Positions 60,421 to 64,000 of a stretch of 64,000 nt of DNA are shown in pieces. The notes beneath the pieces were generated by a model. That model did not search any database and was not told the DNA's origin. It saw only the letters and a list, made by a program, of their open reading frames with translations. Origin of the DNA: an uncultured Bacteroidota bacterium. GTDB taxonomy: Bacteria; Bacteroidota; Ignavibacteria; UBA10030; UBA6906. Location: NCBI GenBank assembly GCA_963700635.1, contig CAVOYH010000003.1, positions 640,001 through 704,000 on the forward strand, in the 5' to 3' direction. How positions within the stretch are numbered: the first letter of the stretch is position 1; every line of letters begins with the position of its first letter. A program made the translations under genes and the position numbers.

Positions 60421-62920
60421 ATGAGCCAACAACAAAAAAAGACCACACCGCGCAAGACGACCACCCAGCCGTCGCTCTTTTCCCGGTTTACCCCTTTCCA
60501 GCTTGACCTGGTATGCGTGGTTGTCTTGTATCTCCTTACCCTCGTCGTCTTTCGGGGAATTGTGTTCGAAAACGCAGCGTTCCAGACGGAAGGAGACACC
60601 GCCTCCGCGCTGAGTTATGCAGAAGCCGGTAACAGGATAGCCAGAGCAGAGGGTGTGGATGTGTTGTGGATGCCCAACTTCTTCAGCGGCATGCCCACAT
60701 TCGGCAACGTGGCATATGTTCCCCATGACGTAAGCTACATCCAGACTGTTCTCCAGAGAGTGCTCAACCTGCTCTTTCTGAACGGTAAATGGACCTGGCT
60801 GGTGGTATACTATTTCCTGGGCGGAATATTCATGTTTCTCTTGATGCGTGTGCTGAATTTTTCCAGGATTTCGGCGCTCTTTGGTGCAATCCTCTTCATG
60901 CTTGCGCCATACAACATGGGCCTGGCAACCGAAGGGCATGGTTCCAAGCTGATGGCGCTGAGCTATTTTCCCCTCGTCTTTATGCTTACCCATATGCTGT
61001 TCGAACGCCGCGATATCCTCAGCTTCGGCCTTCTCACCGCCGCCATCGGCACGCTCGCTCTGACCAATCACATGCAGATTGTCTATTATGTCTTCATCGT
61101 CATCGGTCTGTATCTCCTCTACCATGTTGTCGTTGAGGTTCGGCGGGCTCCCGGACGGGCAGCCCTGATCACCGGTCTCTTCGCGGGCGCTCTGGTGCTC
61201 GGTCTCTGCATCGCATCCTATATTTATTTGTCCGTCTATGAATATGCCCAGTTTTCCATCCGCGGAGGAGGCACTGCCGGAGCCCCTGGAGGTCTTGCCT
61301 GGGATTATGCAACGAATTGGTCGTGGCATCCACAGGAGATGTTCACACTCCTCATCCCATCATTTATGGGATTTCAATCCCCCTATTACTGGGGAACGAT
61401 GCCGTTTACGAACTCGACCATCTATCTCGGGATTCTGCCGATTCTGCTGGCCGTTCTGGGCCTTGTGTATAACCGCACCCGCCTCGGCGTGTTCCTGTCA
61501 CTACTCGCAGTGGTCATGATCCTGATCTCCTTCGGGAAACATTTTCCTCTGGTGTACGGAGCGCTTTTTGAGTATATGCCGTTCTTCAACAAGTTCCGGG
61601 TGCCGGTGATGGTGCTTCATCTGCTCCCCTTTGTTGTCGGTATCCTTGCCGGCTATGGCCTGCAGTTTCTCATCAATCCGCCGGAGGGGGTGAAGAAAGA
61701 ACAGATTGCCAGACTCAGCCGCCGGCTCTTGATCATCGGCGGGATCCTCTTTGGTGTTCTCATTCTCGCCACACTGTTGAAGAGCTCTCTCTTCCAGACC
61801 ATGTCCGGATCAATGTTTACCAAAGAAGGCGAATTGGAAGTGCTCCGTCAGGAATACGGAAACCAGGTCAGTCAGGTGATGACGCAGCTAAAACAGGCGC
61901 GCTTTGATGCCCTCTGGAAGGATTTTGTGAAGTTTGTTTTTCTGGCAGTAGCTTCTCTGGGTGTGGTGGTCCTGTTCTTGAAGAAAAAGCTTTCCGTTGT
62001 TGTCCTGTCCGCTGCTGTGTTTGCGCTCCTTCTTGTCGACCTCTTGATTGTCATCAACAAGGGGAACTACATTTCGCCAAAACCCGACTCCCAGCTTGAA
62101 GCACAGTTTCAGGCCGATGCGAACAGTGCAATTCCTTCAGCAACAACCGGGTCTCTTCCGCATTTTTCCGCTCGGCGGTCTCTTTATCGACAACACATTC
62201 GCCTACCATGGCCTGCAGTCCATCGGAGGATACAGCCCGGCAAAGCTGAAGATTTATCAGACCATGCTTGACTCCTGCATGTATGAGGGTGCGGATCCTT
62301 CGTTCCGGCTGAATATGAACATGGTCAACATGTTGAACGCACAGTATCTGATTGCACAGGGACGGTTACCGGAAGACCGGTTCACCCTTGTGAACGTGGA
62401 TCAGGCAAAGCGCATACTGGTGTACCGGAACAATCATGCCCTTCCACGGGCGTATATTGTCGGCGAGGCAAAAATCGCGGCAAGTCCGACAGAGGTCTTC
62501 GCTCTGTTGAATGCTCCTGCGTTTGATGCGGCCCGAACGGCGGTTCTGGAGAAGACCCCGTCCGGACAGATCACCAGACCCGACAGCAGCAGCGTGCAGA
62601 TCACGGGGTACCAGTCACGCCAGATTACAGCCAGTGCATTTACGTCGTCCACGGCGCTTCTGGTCTTAAGCGAGATATACTATCCGGCTGGATGGAAAGC
62701 CTTCATTGATGGACAGGAAACGGAGATTTTGAAGACTAATTACGTTCTCAGGTCCATCGTTATGCCCCCCGGCCTCCATACTGTCGAGTTTCGCTTTGAT
62801 CCGGCGATATACAGCACAGGCTACACACTTTCCAATATCAGCTGGATGGTGGTATTATGCTGTGTGCTGTTCGGACTGTGGCGGATTCCGGCGATCCGGG
62901 CAAAACTGGCACGTCGTTGA
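60421..62920 (+). pseudogene. second YfhO-family GT-C protein, split by a 1-nt insertion; may be a sequencing error
   Basis: ORF 60421-62271 has LWMPNFFSGMP, NHMQIVYY, YATNWS, FNKFR. ORF 62048-62920 has GGYSPAKL, LPRAY, LSEIYYPAGWKA. Removing one A at 62122-62123 fuses them (...FQADATVQFLQ...). Confidence 0.85.
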
Positions 62921-62945
62921 CTCTCTCCCTCTGCTTGGCTATATT
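62917..62945 (+). promoter_or_regulatory. sigma70-type promoter for the BMC locus
   Basis: TTGACT-17 nt-TATATT with an extended -10 TG. Confidence 0.7.
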
Positions 62946-62946
62946 A

Positions 62947-63051
62947 GTGCACAGTCATGACGGCTCTTCTTAGCCGGAAGGGCTGCAGCTTCACGATGTA
63001 TCAGGGAGGGAATGACTACCCCCTGGTCCCGTAAGGGGAGACTCACTGCAC
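62947..63051 (+). other. candidate structured 5' leader RNA of the BMC operon
   Basis: Hairpins CGGCT/AGCCG, CAGGG/CCCTG and CCC-GTAA-GGG (GNRA loop), enclosed by AGTC/GACT and GTGCA/TGCAC pairings; ends just before the CAGGAGA RBS. Confidence 0.4.
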
Positions 63052-63069
63052 AACAGGAGACACACTCAG

Positions 63070-63363
63070 ATGGCGGATATCTCTCAAGATGCGCTGGGAA
63101 TGGTGGAAACGAAGGGATTGGTCGGATCCATCGAAGCAGCCGACGCGATGGTTAAGGCCGCGCGCGTGACGCTTATCGGCAAGGAAACTATCGGCGGCGG
63201 ATATGTTACCGTCCTTGTTCGTGGCGATGTCGGGGCGGTAAAAGCTGCCACGGATGCCGGTGCAGCAGCAGCCCAACGTGTCGGTGAATTGGTGTCAGTC
63301 CACGTCATTCCCCGTCCCCATGCAGATGTGGAATTGATTCTGCCGAAACGGGCAGCACGGTAA
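63070..63363 (+). CDS. bacterial microcompartment hexameric shell protein (BMC-H, PduA/EutM-like)
   Basis: [43 protein letters not shown]. Confidence 0.97.
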   Translation: MADISQDALGMVETKGLVGSIEAADAMVKAARVTLIGKETIGGGYVTVLVRGDVGAVKAATDAGAAAAQRVGELVSVHVIPRPHADVELILPKRAAR

Positions 63364-63421
63364 TCCACGATTGCTGTCATCGCGCCCCTCCGGGGCGCAG
63401 CGACCACACGATATCACCACC

Positions 63422-63946
63422 ATGATCGATTTTGCGCTCGGCTTGATTGAAACCCGTGGCCTCGTTGGATCCATCGAGGCCGCTGATGTGATGCTGAAAA
63501 CTGCCAATGTACGTCTGGTCGGGAAAGAGATTGTACGGGATGGACTCGTCACGGTAGAAATCGTCGGCGATGTGGCGGCGGTAAAAGCGGCGGTGGAGGC
63601 CGGGGCAACCGCGGCGGGTCGCGTTGGAGAACTTGTCTCACAGCATGTGATTCCCAGACCCGTCGACGATATTGAGTCCCTGCTGGCCAGAGCAGTCACC
63701 GATCGTAAGCATGATCCTCCTGACCATAGACCGGCGGTCAAACCCAAAAAAGCGTCTGAACCCGTACTGGAATTCAAAGAGCCGTCGGAGACGGGTCCTT
63801 TTCAGCAAAGACTCGAAGAAATGACCGTACGTGAACTGCGTACTCTCGCTCGCGAAACCGAAGGTCTGGATATCCAGGGTCGCGAGATCTCAAAGGCAAA
63901 CAAAGACCTCTTGATACGGGAGATACTGAAAGCCCGAACATCATAG
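63422..63946 (+). CDS. BMC-H shell protein with linker and C-terminal Rho-N/HeH-like domain
   Basis: ALGLIETRG...GDVAAVKAAV...HVIPRP, a Pro/charged linker, then LEEMTVRELRTLAR...GREISKANKDLLI; start at ATG 63422. Confidence 0.92.
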   Translation: MIDFALGLIETRGLVGSIEAADVMLKTANVRLVGKEIVRDGLVTVEIVGDVAAVKAAVEAGATAAGRVGELVSQHVIPRPVDDIESLLARAVTDRKHDPPDHRPAVKPKKASEPVLEFKEPSETGPFQQRLEEMTVRELRTLARETEGLDIQGREISKANKDLLIREILKARTS

Positions 63947-64000
63947 GGAATGCTGAGGCCTTACCCCTATGAAAAAACGCCGTTTCCACATCGTCGCCAC

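Noticed and set aside
62950-63050. Hammerhead, glycine, cobalamin or ANTAR identity for the BMC leader
   Set aside because: Only fragments resemble them (AUGA-stem-GAAG; GCCGGAAGG...UCAGG). The invariant cores (CUGAnGA/GAAA, B12 box, twin hexaloops) are missing.
63947-64000. Third gene of the BMC locus
   Set aside because: There are two possible ATGs (63950, 63969) and fewer than 20 codons are visible, so it cannot be assigned.

Overview
This is a gene-dense bacterial chromosomal window, most likely from the Ignavibacteria/Chlorobi side of Bacteroidota (inferred from the Chlorobium-type MDH, the L27 N-terminus [10 protein letters not shown], and gatC and kdsB). Positions 1-43.3 kb are mostly housekeeping. 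They hold a partial cNMP-GAF-PP2C phosphatase (missed by the ORF track), a frameshifted S66 LD-carboxypeptidase, a purN-purH-mreBCD-mrdA-rodA-LonC-decarboxylase run, dcd, an S9 peptidase, a ferritin-like protein, pckA, maeB and plsC-gatC-kdsB-DUF502-pyrG. They also hold a catabolic/miscellaneous block (Tat oxidoreductase, GH97, UroD-like, MBL), an RsbW-like gene, rplU-rpmA-mdh and rsmA-PAP2-P1B ATPase. Positions 43.4-62.9 kb are a 16-gene surface-glycan locus with two YfhO-type GT-C proteins, two flippases, three methyltransferases, a GMD-like SDR with an altered active site and an apparently circularly permuted DUF4254 protein. At 62.9-64 kb a bacterial microcompartment (BMC) locus begins, with its own sigma70 promoter, a hairpin-rich leader and a shell protein carrying a Rho-N/HeH-like tail. 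Many near-consensus sigma70 promoters can be read directly. I saw no tRNA, rRNA, CRISPR array or mobile element. All family assignments come from motif recognition by eye, not database searches.
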